From Strigamia acuminata (lineage: Eukaryota): 64,000 nt of DNA. Both the position numbers and the translations under genes were made by a program. Where the stretch lies: the NCBI GenBank assembly GCA_949358305.1, contig OX442314.1, forward strand, positions 12,524,001 to 12,588,000, given 5' to 3'. Under the pieces are notes generated by a model. The model had not been told where the DNA came from. It did no database searches and saw nothing but the letters and a program-made list of their open reading frames with translations. This document shows, in pieces, positions 47,628 through 62,390 of the stretch (positions are counted from its first letter, which is position 1; each line of letters begins with the position of its first letter).

Positions 47628-50600
47628 ATTGGAATTCATTAAATAATATTAGCAGGCTGTAGCATTCCATTGTTGCGCATTATTCGATAATAAAATAACA
47701 GCCATTGTAGTGAGGTGTTTCTAAAACCTGTTGCTACTAAAACTTTGTTTGTTTAATTGAATCACATTTTGGTGTGAACACAACACTATCAAAATTAATA
47801 TTGGAACTCTGTTCAGTTGAATCTGATCGGGTAGATCAGATACAGCCAAACTCGATTCGTTGGTGTGAACATGGTATTACATCCAAACATCTGTACTAAA
47901 AACCATAAAACGAGAAAGGCTGTTGATTTCTTCAAAATGAATCACAAATTTCAAGTTACCGGTAAGTCAATTTTAACGTCAAAATCTGGTTATTTTTTTA
48001 ATTGTCAAATGGGGTCCATTTTTTTCAGGCACAGTGTACAAATTGCTTAAAAAATAACCTTTGATTTATTTGGTGTTAAACTGCGAAAGAAAAATGATTT
48101 CACACATTCGCGCCTAAAAACAAAACATTTGTCACTTTCAAGGAAAAGGATTTTAAAAATAATGTGTTTTTTTTGTTATTCATTTCAACTCTAAAAGCTT
48201 TATCTGGTACAGAAGCTTTTGTCTTTAGATGGAACTAACCCAAGGCCTCTTGATGCCTGTCGTTTTAAGTCAATAACTTACCGCCGTTGAATGTGGTGTT
48301 ACTGTTTTGTTTTTCTTCTGTTTTCAATGTTAGAGCTTTGACCGAGCCAAAATTTGGCGATGATCCGATCGTTGTAATCAATAAAGGGGTAAAATAAGAC
48401 GTTGGAGATAAGTAAGTCCTACTGAAAGAAGTAGGATGATGAAAGATACGAAATGAACAAAGCTGTGGCTATAATACGATTTGGGTGAGATGGGGACTAG
48501 GGTGCAATCGCTTTGTGCTCGTAGTACTCTCTGTTTTCCATATCCTGTTTGGCCGTAATGGGCATTTGTTCTCCTCTTTTTATCCTTTTTTCAACTCTTG
48601 TTTGGCTTCAGCTGCATCTCAGCAGGTTTTGATTGCGTCCTTCTCAACAAACCTTTTTATCACTCACAGCAGGCAGTCTGGCCTAATGCAATTAAATTAA
48701 TGAGTGCTGAAGAAAGGCTTACAGTAATAATTTGGGTTTAAAGCTGTGAGCGATTGAAAATTTTCAATCAATTTTATTTCCTTTAATTTCGATTATTGGA
48801 ATTGCAATTTTTTAGAGCCCATTTACTGCGGATCTTGAGACGGATAATGAATCGTTGGTTTTATAGATCTCGGAATCAATGGATTGTTCACCGCTTGCGG
48901 AACTTGAGACAACTGTATGCCGGGTGGACCCATGAAACTTGGGTGAATGCTGGTGGATGTTAATCCGTGTGTTGGTCAATTTGAGGTAGTTGTTTGTCAG
49001 TTCTTCGGGTAGTGGTGGTAGAAGAGGTAATCTAGGCACAGGATTCAACTTTTTCTCGCAGTCTGCATCTTTTCCCATTACACTGGGTGTTTCCACCTTT
49101 GCCTGGGACTGCCCCCGTTTAATACTCAAACGCCGAAGGGACATTGTTCCTGATGTGTTTCTGTTGTGATTGAGTGTGTTGTTGTCCCACCAGGTGAACA
49201 TTCTCACCTGACGTATTGGCACTGACCAATCAGTGTCGTGTGCACCATTTACCCCTGTACTATTATTTGCTACTTTGAATAAAATATTCACCATATTGAT
49301 TTACTCAACCACGTGTCTCCATGTTGTAATTCCCAACCTTCGACACTAAAAACTACAGTTTCGTGCGCTTGATTTGAATGGATTGCAGTGGATGTGGCTG
49401 GATATCGTTGGATGGAGTTAGACACGAGGCATCACGTACGGGAATATTTGCATAAGTGTTTATTCAATTGTCAAAATACACAGGTGGCACTGCGCAAGGG
49501 CACCGTCACAAATTAACAATGTAAGAAAAGAGTGCCAAACACTCCCATGCTTACATTCACCTCTCGCCCAGAAGCTGCAAATGTGAGGCTGATTCCTCTT
49601 GTAATAGGGCGTCGTTCAGGCTAATTTGCGTTATTCAATCACTCGGAGCCTGTGATTTTTCTTACAGGGCCGTTTGATCATTGTTTGCCAACTCTTGGTT
49701 CGTGTTTTGGGTGTAGTATTCTTTGTTTACATTGGATTTTGCCCTTACGATATGTTAAATGCTACCAAATGGGATTATGGGACATTTTCTGCCCACTTTT
49801 CTGCCAAATGGGAACCAAACCAACAGCAGAAAAAATGAATTTTCAACTCTGAAAATTTTCTGTCTAGTTATTCAGTCAAGTGGGAACCCAGCGTAAGAAG
49901 CTGCGTTTTATTTATGTCTTGAAATCGGTAAACTTTGTACGATATTTTATTTACGAACACTTAAATTGATGTTTTTGTCAATGAGCGTTGTAATAGTATC
50001 TTTGATGCGAGTTTTTATGGACAGTGAGGTGAGGTGAGCTCATCTATGAACTTGGGTGATAACTGCAACCTATTACCATCTTGGGATCAATATTTTCAAC
50101 GTTGCTATCGGCACTTTCTTATCGGAATAAAAAAGAAATTATTTTTTTATTTTATTTTTTATTTTTTATTTTTGTTTATTAATTTCGTGTAAGAAATAAT
50201 TTTGACGAACGGACGGATTTTAAACTAACACTGCGTTGAATTGTGAATAATCTTTAATGACATCTGACGAAAAGGCATTAAAATTTAAATCCACTTCAGG
50301 TTTAATTTTTAACGCTTGAGAAACACATTTCAGCTAATGGCATCTTTGACCGGAAGTCAGAGGGAAGCGAGGCGTGAGGTCGAGTGCATAAAACAGTCCC
50401 TGTCATGATGACGAAGTGTTTCTCTTTAAAAAGGTTCTGAAATGAAGAAAAAAAAACTGAAATGGTCAGGTAATTTTTTATTTTTTTTATATATATTTTT
50501 TTTAAGGAACGAATGAGGGGTGAAATGTGCGTCAAAGTCCCGCATCGAATTAGCGCCTTGTTACCTTGGGGAGCGCTGTGAGGTAGTGCGCTCATCTCCC

Positions 50601-53017
50601 ATCTGTTCAAGAAGGGGGAAAATAGGAAGGAAAAAGTTAAAGATTGTGTTTTCCGGCAAAAAAAAAATGATGGAACAGTTTTTGAAGAGGAAAAAATTGC
50701 GTTTAATTGTAATTGATTATAGCTGTGGTGGCAAGTTTGATGATTGCCTGTGGAGGCAGTTAATGCTTACACCTAATGAATCGGAAAAAATGGATAAGGG
50801 GGGAAATATCGTTATATATATTTCTTTTATTCTTGCGATAAGACTTTTTGCAGTGGATTCACTAAATCAATTTTTTTTTTGCTTGGAAAGTGAAAATGTG
50901 TTATTAATTTTTTTTTTATTGGGATGGTTTATCATGTGTGTCTGGGTCTGAAGACTGTAAGTGGCAACAGGGTTGTTGCAAATGGAAATTTGACGTTAAT
51001 TTCTTTATGCAAGATTGTATGGAATGTGTGGATTACCACAGCTACCTAATTCTTTCTTTGAGCCTCGTGAAAGAATGAATGCACTTTCTGTTGTTAGTTT
51101 ATTGCAGGAATTGTACTTGACAGCAAGGCCGTACTTAAAAAGGAAAATCAACACGTGTGAAATGTGAATAGAAAGAATGAGCGGTTCTTATTACCGGCTG
51201 AGCTTTTCATCTTTGGGAGAATAATGAAAACAGGGAACCTATATGGTTCAAAAATATATTGGAATTATATTGCAATGTATTGCAATGTATTTTGAAATGC
51301 ATTGGGTTTCACGAGAATGCATTTTGTAATATTATTTATTATTATACCCCGGATATTTATGCAAAATAAAATTCGTTTATGCGTGAAAAATATGCACTAA
51401 AAATTCCATTTTATGCAAAATAAAAATAAAAATATGCAAAATAAAAAAATTTATTCGAGTGAAATCAGGTGTTAAATAACAACTTAATGCCATTTCAAAG
51501 TGTTCTTGATGTAAATGAATTGTAATTAGTAATTACAATTCATTTTTTTCTATTTTTTTATTTTTTTATTTGCTTATTTCTTAAAACTTTTTCCAGCCAC
51601 TAATTTAGTGACTTTCCCTGGTGTCTGTTTTTGGCGAAGACCTCAGTTTTCCGAATGCGTACACATACACGATATGTGTCTTTAAAAAAAGGCAAAAATG
51701 GATATGTACATGTTACGTATCGTTAAAAAAAAGACACAAATCGTCTTTTTTTCTGGAAAAATGGCAATTTGTGCATTTATTTTCTAATTTTTGAAAAATA
51801 TGCATTTATAGCCAATTTCTGTTTTTTATTGAATAAAAGTAATTCTTGCGCATTTATCCTGACCCTAATTATTTATTATTTAATGTTATTTATTTTCTTT
51901 TTAATTTTTTAATTTGAAAATCAAACTTAGTGAGAATAAAAATTCTCCATTTAAATGCGTTATCTATTATGATTTAAACTAAACTGCATATTTATCGCCC
52001 ATATCACTAATTTGTATTTAATTTTATTAGTTGATATCGTTGCAGCCATGTGCTTTTAGATAATCGCAAAGCTCCGCTCATGGTTGGGCTTTGCGGCAAT
52101 GCTTGAAGGTTAGATGGGTGCAAATAATCGCAATGGATTTTTATATCTGGTATCTGGAGCATCTGGAATAATAAAATTGTGCTTTTTGGAAATAAAACGA
52201 GACCAAATATCAAATGTGCGTTTGTTTTATTTTGTGGGAGGAAAGGGAGGAAGGATTTGTTGTTGGTAGTTTTGTTTTATCGCGGCTAGCAAAAAGATTT
52301 TGTAATTCAATATGAATACAGGATTTTTTTCTTCTTCTCGTGTGCAGGGACAGTGCGAGTTGCTGGAATGAGATTTCGGATCATTGATGGACACTACGTT
52401 CGCACGAACGACGCACTTAATCGAATTCACGCCCAAGAAACGCGATTTTAAGTTTCATGTTCGGAAAGATAAATTTGGCGCTTGTGTGCACAAACTGTAC
52501 CGTAACACACATTGGGGGATTTACATTTAAAGCGATAATCTTTTAACGAATTATGTAGAAAAATTTGTAAAAAGAAAAAAAATATATATATATCGTTTTA
52601 CGTTATGACGTACAGAATTATGAGAACTGAAACGACACACTTTCCTACCATTAGAAAAAAAAAGATGGTTCGTAAAATTGAATCCTTTGAGCTCAGCAAG
52701 GGATTCTGCTTTTATTAGGGACATAAGTTGGTGTGTTTCACTTTAATCAATTCTCTCTAGTGGAAATTTCTTACAATTTTTATGATCCAAGTCTGCAGAT
52801 ATAAAACCTTTTAACGACCCGAGAAATATGGCAGAGTAGAGTTGATGGTGATTGGGCTGCAAGTTTCTGCGGCACTATTTTCTTGGATGTTTTACACCAC
52901 ACATGTATATTTATATAAATATTTATCGATCTGTCGAGGAATTTATGCCAGAAAGAGTCGGAGATGAAGCAGGATTAATGCACAATTACGTATATTGAGT
53001 TTATTACCCATAATTTG

Positions 53018-53170
53018 TTGTTTGTAATGAAACAAATTAAATTCCAGCTAAGCGCGCCAATGAAACTAGGTATTGCACGTTTTCCTCGAGGCAGGTCTGA
53101 TTAAAACTATCCGCTCGGTTGACCTGATTCACCTAGTAAAGCCACCACTACGTGCAATTAAACTACCCCC
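53018..53170 (+). repeat. Dispersed divergent element, copy 2 of 3
   Basis: Same ordered blocks as 7501-7660. Confidence 0.8.
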
Positions 53171-56100
53171 GGCCAAACAAGTTGGTTCGAACAAGTTTGC
53201 AGGTTGCATTTAAAATGTTGATGTTAATCAGATATGACTTTAGTGCAGTCGAGCCGCAAAATTGATGTCAAGGTGAATATACAGGAGAATTTAGCTTGTG
53301 CCTCGCTCAGTCTATCAGATTCGACTTCGAGCACGTGTTCGTTATGTCTTTACGCAGATTGAAGAGCTGCTTGTTGGGATTGATATCGATTGAGTTCCGT
53401 TGAAGGTGAAGGTGAAGGAAGAAGCAAAGGTGTCATTCAATAAGTTTGTGCTGATGGGAGAGGTGCGAAGAATGTTACGATGGGTGTTATTTGCCATTTA
53501 GACCAAGGAGTTGCGAGTAATGGGGAATTAAAGGAGTGCCCCGAAGTATATATCGATCAGACTTGACTACTTCACTTTCTCGGGAGAGGTTTATCAGCCG
53601 AAAGTTGGGTAGGAGTTGTTTTGAAGGTCATTCGACTCGTTCGGTTGATGGTTTATGCTAAACTGAATTGTTTGCGACTTGTTTTGGAAATTAGAGATTA
53701 AGTTGTGGCGGAAAAGAGTTGTTAGCAAGTTTATTTAGAGCTTACAAATAGGAGACGCTGCAGAATCATCTCGGAAGTCGTAAAATAGAAGATTGCTAGT
53801 GTTTTGTTACTTGGTCTTGTTTTTGGTTTAAGGAGGTGGTCGTAAAATGGGACGTTATTTCACTTGTTATTTCTTGTTCTTTTTTGTTTTGAATTTTTGT
53901 TTTATATTTTTTTTTTGTTTTTTGCGTTAGAGATTTTAGTTGTGTTTTTATGGTTATAATGTAAATATGATGTCATTTAGGGGAGAAAATGACGTTACCA
54001 CTGTTTTTATTCCCATCCGGAAGAGGGATGGGGGATTATTCAGTTCTGACAACTCATCGTGGCACGAAACGGCGTGTGTTTCCCAATGATTCAGCCTGTT
54101 AATGTGCAAGATTGGAATCTCGTTAGGGCTGGGTTTCATACACAGACAGCAATTAACCAAATGTGCATCCATTTAACACGATTGAATAATATCGAATACT
54201 GTCAATATTGACGATAAAATATTCCAATGCATTTGTTTTGCTAGTTTTTGTCGATTTATAAATCAAATGTCAACCCAAAATGAATAATTAATGGCAAATG
54301 ATGTCAGGTGTGTCGGCTGTTGTTGATTAATAGCTGGAAATGTTTGATTAATATTCTGCGGTGTATCGCAGTCATCAATCATTTAAGTCGCTGGAATTTA
54401 TTGAAATTGGATAACCCAATGAAAAAGTTTCCAAACCATTGTATAACACTTAAGCAGTAGGATGGTTCTATTCAATTTACAATGACGAGAAATAAAAAGC
54501 ATTGTTTATGGTGATGGGTTTTGAAATCACGGTTACTAGTGTCACATCGACTCGCGAGATGACGTATTGGAGGATTTAGGATTGAGAAAACTCGTCTTAA
54601 ATCATCTTTTTAACGTCCACTTGAAGGCCCTCTTTGTATAGTCTCAACTAATCCCCTCCCATAGAATTCCTTGATGAAAACGATGCGTTACAAAAACAAT
54701 GGCAGTTAATCGCTGCGCAGATTGCTATTACTGCATATTGCAATTTAATGAACACGCATTAATTAAAATATTATCTGAAATTTTGCTGCTATTTACTGCT
54801 AACTCACTCGTTAAATTAGTTTTAAGGACCGAGTGAACGAACGGTGTTTATTTGATTAGTTTTTAAGTGCCATAAATCAAAGCAATTTCTGCCATAGTTG
54901 TCGTTTTGTTTTCAAGATTTTTTTTCTCTCCCGTCTTAAGTGCTTTACACGTCAAAATAAATATCAAATGACATACAGTGAAGTTAACTGCAGGTTTTGT
55001 CAAGTCTCGGCTTATATTCGTGATTAGACGAGCGAGAACGGAGGAAATTGTACAATCGTTTAAGAGCAGACGCAGGTTATATGAAATTGGGGAAATTGTT
55101 TGAGCCAGACAAGTTGGTAAACATTTGATAGGAATAAAAGTTTTAGCTATTCATGGTGTGGTCTGTTTGTAGGACTCCACGAGGAGAGTGGTCGTAATGC
55201 GAGCGCTTGAAGTTTTGGGGTAAGCGAGGAGAAAAGTATCCGTGATGGTCACGGAAAAGTGCTCAGAGAGTAAGTGCTCCTCATCCATGAAAGAAGAGGT
55301 TTTGAACACCCACGAGAGAAGGTATTGCGAGTCTTGTTTTTACAATATTTACCCGAAATCGAATCATTTTATTTCATTTTATTTTATTTTTCTAGTGTAT
55401 GTTTACATTTTCTTCGGTGTTAGAAAAGCCACAATTGTGTGGGGAATTGTTCACTAGAGGGTTGTGGGTATTAATGTTTGTGTGTTTAAAACATGAGGGC
55501 AAGAGTGAGGGCGAGAAAAAGTAAATTAGTTTGACGACACTTTTAATTGGTAATGGAATTTGTCAATTTACTTTAGTATTAAATATTTAAATTTTTGTTC
55601 TTGCCTCGCTTCTGGGTTGTTTAAGTTTGCCAGACTGTAATCTGAAATGACAGCCTCGCGTTTGTGTTGGTTGATAAGATGAGACACGTGTCTTTTGTCT
55701 GATTCTCACAGTTGCGTGGCTTTTCACGGGTTGCAATAAAACAATTTGGAGGGTATGGTATGTTATTTTTATTAAAAACACGTGCTAATGGTGGTATTTT
55801 AGATAGCGTCGCGAAGAGGGAGCATGGCGCCGTGAATTGGGTGCTAATCTTGTTGGCGCCAGTTGCGTTCTAATGAGAGTTGAACCAAATGAGTGGAAGT
55901 GTGAATTTGCAACTCCCATTTAATTTGTTAATGATTAGCTCGCGGTACGTTTTGAGATGCGCAAAGCATAGTTTTAGTGTGATTAAAAGAGTATTGTCCG
56001 TGAATATTAAGTGTGCAACTCACGGTGCTTTTTTAAGCCTGATTAACAAGGTATTTTGGAACCTGTTGTGTTCTCGATCGCTCACACGGCTTAGTCGACC

Positions 56101-59100
56101 AACAAACGAATGCAAACGCATTTCATCTATTTTTTATTATAATTTTGTAATTTAATACTAAATTTTGGAGGCAAAGCTTTTGTTTCTACTTTTCTTGTGA
56201 AAAATTAGAATGTTTACATGGCGATAAGATAACTCAAGAAAGATAAGTTAATTTTTCAGTGTTTGGCTGTTTCCCTTCGTGCTCGACATTTCCATTCGGG
56301 GTTAGGACTTAGGGTTGACAGACGGAGAGGGGAAAATTATTCGTTTGCAATGCTAACACAGAACTCTTTCAACTCGACGTCGCGCGTCTAGGCGCCACCA
56401 ACTGCTTGGGCATTCGACTCGAAGATGACCCGTGACGTCTGCGTCTATCCATCAAAGTAAGCCTTGTCCAGGTAGCTCGAGGTAGCTAGACGCCAGCTAA
56501 TCTCGTGATAGATGGAGCAATTACACGGTGGTTTTGAGGGGTGACATGTTGAGGGCGCGTCAACTGTCTAACCTTTGGCTTGTCTTCAAGCAAGGTAAAA
56601 TGAAAATGTCAAGAACGTAAAAAGAAAGAAAAAAGAAAAGTTCTTTAATTCTGGGTGCAGCAAACTTAACCTGTGGGAACTGCTGTGCTTTATAAGATTT
56701 TACTTGTGGCTAATTTTCTCGTCGGGTGTAAAAGGTTATTGACAAGTGCACACTGTTGGTTTGTTCCAACAGCAATTCTAAGCAGAAAAGGTTAAATGAA
56801 AGGGTTAAGTTGTGGCGATGACGTACATACTTGGCCAAACTAGTCAAACTTCCTATGTTGAGATAAGTTTAACAGGAGAAAACAGTGAACTGTGTAACTG
56901 AGATAAAGTAAAATGAAGGCGGTGAATGCTGTTGCAGGTTTTCATCTATTGGCAAAATTTATTTATTTGGGATAAACAGCATAATTGTCTCAAAGTTATG
57001 AGCGCACATTGTTGTTGACCCCTTGCGTCCCTTTTGCTTTTAAATTTGAGTTTGTTTACGCGTGATTTTATAGGACAGTTGTTACGGAATTTACTCGCTC
57101 CCATTTTACCCATTTTTAAAGGGAAATATCTCCATTCGGGAGTGAGTCCGTGTTTTGTTGTCGGTGTTTAGTGTTCCCTGCTGGCGTGTTTTCGCCTTCA
57201 CGTGATGTATGAGTGTCAGTGGAGCGAAAAGTCTAGAAAGGAGGGTTGTAAAAGGGAGAAAAGTGACGAATTCGACTTTTTCTGAAATCTTGACACTGTA
57301 TCTTTATTATGACTAATAAAAAATGCAGTAAAAATTAATTTTCCTTTGCTTTTTGCTGTTGAGTACTCAATTTATGGTAATTTACATATTTGCACATTTG
57401 GAAATGTCATAAACTTGTATGTGGTCGCTGGATTTGGCGTTGGTCATCAAATTTGAGTGCCTAAATTATTAAGTGAAAGCCCAGTCCTAATTGGTCAGCA
57501 GGTTGGAGGTCGATGAATTCTTGGATCCTTCGCCCGGCCAGACCGCAAATTGGCATTGCCAGCAGCTTCACTCGCTAGGGGGAGCTGCATGTTTGTAAAC
57601 CGCAAGAAACGAGCGCGGACCTTTAATAAAAATGCGCTTATGTCGTTTTACATAGGCACGTAATTAGATTTATTGTATGGCTTGAGGATTTATTTATTTT
57701 TTCTTGTTTATTTATTTATGTTTTTTTTTATTTTTTAGATAAATCGTTGTTGAATGCAAGTTTTGCAGTTAGTCTTATAAATTTAGAAATAGGAGGTTGT
57801 AGGAGGTTAAAGAAGGCCATTTATGCAAACTCATTTGCCGAGAGGGTATTTTTCTTCATTAGCCGTGGAATTGTTAATTAGATTGCGCAAAATCCATCAA
57901 GAGATTACAAGAAGGAAAGGTAGAAGGTACAGAGCATTTTCACCTAGTCTTTTTCATCGGATGAGTAATATGCTTAAGACTGTAAACCAATTTCCCATGT
58001 TATTTATTCGCGAAATGAGAAACTGGAGAGTGAGAAATTTAATAATGCATGAACATTTTTTTTCTTTTATTTAAAAATAAAAAACGGTGATGAAAATTAA
58101 TTTAACTTTGTGAAAACTGATTTCAAGCAATTTTTCACTAGTTTGGCCAAAGTTTGACCAATGTTTTGCGGACAATCAATTGTCATATCGTTTATTTATT
58201 TTTAATTGAAGAGATAAGACAAACAAAAGTTTTAATAACGCTAAATAAAATTTATTACGTGGTCGAGAGGACGATAGTGACATCAGCTTTCAACCTTTGT
58301 AGATTAATGGACGGTCGACGAGTGATAAATGAGTGATGAAAACATTAAAAATCATTATGACTCCCTTTGGACGCTCAACATGATATTGGTGGAGGAATAA
58401 AAGTGTTTTATTTGAAAAATTCTTATAATTTTGTTGATTTTTATGAGTGATTTTATTTCCATTTGTACAATGGATTTATGGAAATGTTGAATTTGAAATT
58501 GAAAATGACGTTAAGATAAGTTAAAGGTTGTTTCAGATGATTTTGAATGGCATTTATTTATAATTAGCGACTTACTAGTATTAATAAATGGCAGCGATTG
58601 GATGCCTAATGAAGCGGGGCACCTTGCTAATTAATCTGTTGGATTTATTGTTTGGAATTTCAATAGGGAATACTAATTTCTATTGAAATGTGCAAATGAA
58701 GTGATAAATTGTATGATAAATTTACACTTTTTTTTTATTTCCTAAAATTTTTATATGAATTTATATACCGAGGAATTTTTAGAGATTTTTTTTTTTACGT
58801 TTAAAGTGATGGGTGGGATTTCTTTTTCGTAGGAATTGGAATTTCTTTCCTTTTCTGTATTGGCAGCGGACGAAAAATAGAAAAGCTTTAGAAATGAAAA
58901 GAGACGGCTTTAGCGTCGAGTTTTGTCATCGTTTTCTACCTGTTTCCCGCTGTGTTTCGAGTGAGGTTGACGCATGGGATCAAAGACTTGAAGCTTCCAA
59001 ACGTATCTCTTCTTTCCCTTGTGATTTCTCCATTAATCTGCGCCCACAAACTCAGCACCTGTCCACTTACACCTGTCTTTCAATTTTCTTTTTTCCTTTT

Positions 59101-62100
59101 CTTTCAAAGAATTGGAGGGAAAACAAATCCTCGTATCAATACTTCTCTAAAAAGATTTTATTTTCTTTAAAAAATTTTTCTAAGTACTCCGTATTTATTT
59201 TTGTAATTGATAATGCGATCCAATGTTAAAGGAGTTTCGCTCGCGAAGGAAATTAATTAAAATTTAAAGAAAAAACCTTTTTCGTTGGGTTTTGGGGTTT
59301 TGTCTGTATGGAAACACTAATGTTTTATTGTTAGAAAGTTTTTATTGTTAGTTCTGCATTAATTTATGATGAAATTTGTTTTATGGTTCGTTCTTAAAAG
59401 CATTAATGTATTTTTCTGTGCATGGGTTTTGCATAATTTTTTGTTCCTGGGGTGTGTGGAATAGCTCAGTACATTTTGTTGTTGAATTGAAATGCTGGTG
59501 AAATTAATGTGCTTAGATACGTTTCTGAGGCCCATCTTTAATGAAATAATTCCAAGCATAAATTGGCTTTTTTAAACGTCAGTTGGAGCTGGAAGCTTTT
59601 AATGAGACGCTCGCTTGTTACTGGGTCTATACCAAGTTATTGCGTCCATTCCGTCATTTAAGACGTCGGTTGAAATTGTAAACAAGTCTAATAACATTTC
59701 TTTTGGATTTAATCTAAAATAATTAAATAAGTGAATAATGAAAACATGCCATTCGTTCAGGTAACTTATATCTAGTGAGCACTGTCAACTGGGTGAAATT
59801 TATTACAGAATTAGTGCTCGATTTGTGCTAATTTGTGCTGAAATATAAGCAACCGATAAGCTCACTTAAAGTTATCTGACTGTAGGCCTTAATTTGTGTT
59901 TTAAATTCTAGGATTTGTTTTTAGTAAATTTCATTCAGATCAGAGAAAGTGGCAGTGCTGACTCATTGCAATTTCATCGCAGAACCTTGAATTAAAGGTT
60001 TTAGGAATTGTAGCTGAATAATAGGTGCAAATAAAGAAGTTACCGGTAGGTATCTTTAGAGGAGACAAATAGTAGGGCTGAGGAAAGTCGAGATTAATGG
60101 CTGTTTGTGATTATCGACATAAAACGTGTCGCGATAACCTAATATGGATCCCCAGTGAGCGATAAAGCTACAAAGTGACAGGAAAAAGCTCTTTGCTAAC
60201 AATTGGTTAATATAGACTTGTGCCTGCTGTGACGTACAATTATGCTGTGTACGATCGAGTGAAACACCTGACTCTTCAAATACAATTTTTTTGCTTAATT
60301 TTATCCACACTTGCAAAATTTATCAAGTTTATTCATTATTTAGTGCGAGTTTTGAATCTTGTTTTTTTTTTCTTCTTTTTTAACTATAACTTAGACGGTG
60401 CGATGATTTATTTGAGATTGAAATTGGTCGCGACACGTTGGATGAATAATTGGCGTCACGCTTTGCTCTGCTTTTTGATTGAATCCGTGGACGTACGGTG
60501 AGTTAAAAAAAAATAGATGGGAAAAGAAAAACGCAAGATGAAAGAACTGCAGTAAATATAATGATTTTATACAACGGGACACGGAAGTGTTTTTTTTTCT
60601 TATTTTTTTTTAAAAAAAAGTTTTTAAACGGTGCAGGAAATAGCTTTTTTCTTTTGACTTGTTGCGCGCATTACTGAAGTTGACATTTTCTTAACGAAAT
60701 ATTTAATGGAGCGCTGAAGGTCTCACAGCGACTATCATTTAACTTGTTGTAGTTAGTCAAATTTACAAGATAAACTGACAAGCTGCAAATTACAAGTGTT
60801 AACATATACATGTTTTCTGCCCAATTGTCAGACACTTATTGGGTATTACTTTCTACTGGAGAAAAAAATCAAAGATGTAATTTTAATATAATGAGAAGCA
60901 GATAAATGTTTGCTCTTGATGTGAAAAAATATTTTTATTGGAAAAATTTGTTTCGTTTTGGTTTAGAATTTGCTGAATGCGCAAACATGTATTTAGCTGC
61001 AAAGTAGAAGAAATGTTGTAGAAAATTATGATCTAGAAAGAAGAAAGTTTTTACCGGTATTGTATGAATTTTATTAGTTAGCAGTTTGTGCGCTCAATAG
61101 TTGAAAAGCCCCGCCCTTGTTTTAGCTTCTCTGCACAGCTTTAAAATTACGATGGCTCTTGATTTTAAACAGACACTCGTTTTATTCATCTGGCATGATC
61201 TTACTTGATCTTAAGTTTCGTTTTGAATGGAAGTTTTATTGAATTATTTTTAATTTTACTTTTACTTTTTATGTAGGGTGGGAACTATTTCAAGCAAACT
61301 TGACAAATTATTTGACCTAAAAGTGAAAGTAAGTGTAGAAAGTAAAATGTAACTGAATTCTCTAAAGCATCTTCCAACCAACATCAATATTGACCTTAAC
61401 TCGTGATGTCTTGGCATTGCATATACACAAAGTGTGGAAGTTTGCAAATCCTTAAGGTAAAAGGAAACATCTGTATGTTAGTGTCTTATTTAAAGTAACT
61501 GAGTAAGAAGAAAAAAATGTTGCTCACAGCATTTATTGTGGCTGCAGTTTTATCAAATTCTGTAGGTACTGCAGGTGAAGTGTGGGAAAATTGGATAAAA
61601 TGTGATTGTACGAGCAGTGCGATTAATTTTAATTTTAATAACGATGAAGTCTTTTTTAAATACTACACGGATGAATTAGTTATTTTTTTTTGTTAAGTTA
61701 TTATATTATTTTTAGAGAAGAGAAGAAAAAAAGATGTCGCCATGCAGTGCACGACGTTGACGTTAAAGAGGAGAGAGAAAAAAGGATTTGTAAAGATAAA
61801 AATAAAATGCCTGTCAGATTATTTTTTTAAAAAATAAAAATTTGTTGCCGTTCTTGACAGGAGATATCCCAACAGAGCATTTTTAAGCACTTAATCCATC
61901 ACGTTTTGCTATTGTTTTCTTATTATTAATTATAAAAGCATAACTTATTGCTATTATATTAATTTTTGAATGGCACTAAAGGGCCATCTGTCGGAATTCA
62001 AAAATGTTTTCTCACACATTTGCTTTACGTCTCGTAAAAACAAGACTTTCACTGAACACGTGTTTTGATGGAATGCCGTATTCGAATTTCATTCATTTAT

Positions 62101-62231
62101 TTAATTTTTTTAATTATAAATTTGCGTAAATTATTACATATAGTGGAATAGTCTCATTCAATAAAATATTTCCAGGGAGGATATACTGAATAATTACGTA
62201 AAACGCGTTTATTAGTCATAACTTGATGGTC

Positions 62232-62390
62232 TAATGAAACAAATTAAATTCCAGCTAAATGCGCACATAAGGTGTAGGTGTTGCACGTTTTCCCACGAGG
62301 CACTTCTGATTAAAACGATTCGCTCGGTTGACCTCGATATACCTAGCAAAGCCATGGCCCACCGCTGCATCTAATTTAAGTAGCTTCTGG
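62232..62390 (+). repeat. Dispersed divergent element, copy 3 of 3
   Basis: Same ordered blocks as 7501-7660. Confidence 0.8.

Larger units (their letters stand above)
35332..47876. mobile_element. PIF/Harbinger-type MITE (~390 bp of its own sequence) enclosing the nested cluster
   Basis: TTA|TACCATGTTCACACCAA...TTGGTGTGAACATGGTA|TTA: a 17-bp perfect TIR with 3-bp TSD and internal GGTGTGAAC repeats. Confidence 0.7.

Noticed and set aside
56299..56317. Telomere-like GGGTTAGG..TTAGGG
   Set aside because: Only two imperfect units; expected by chance.
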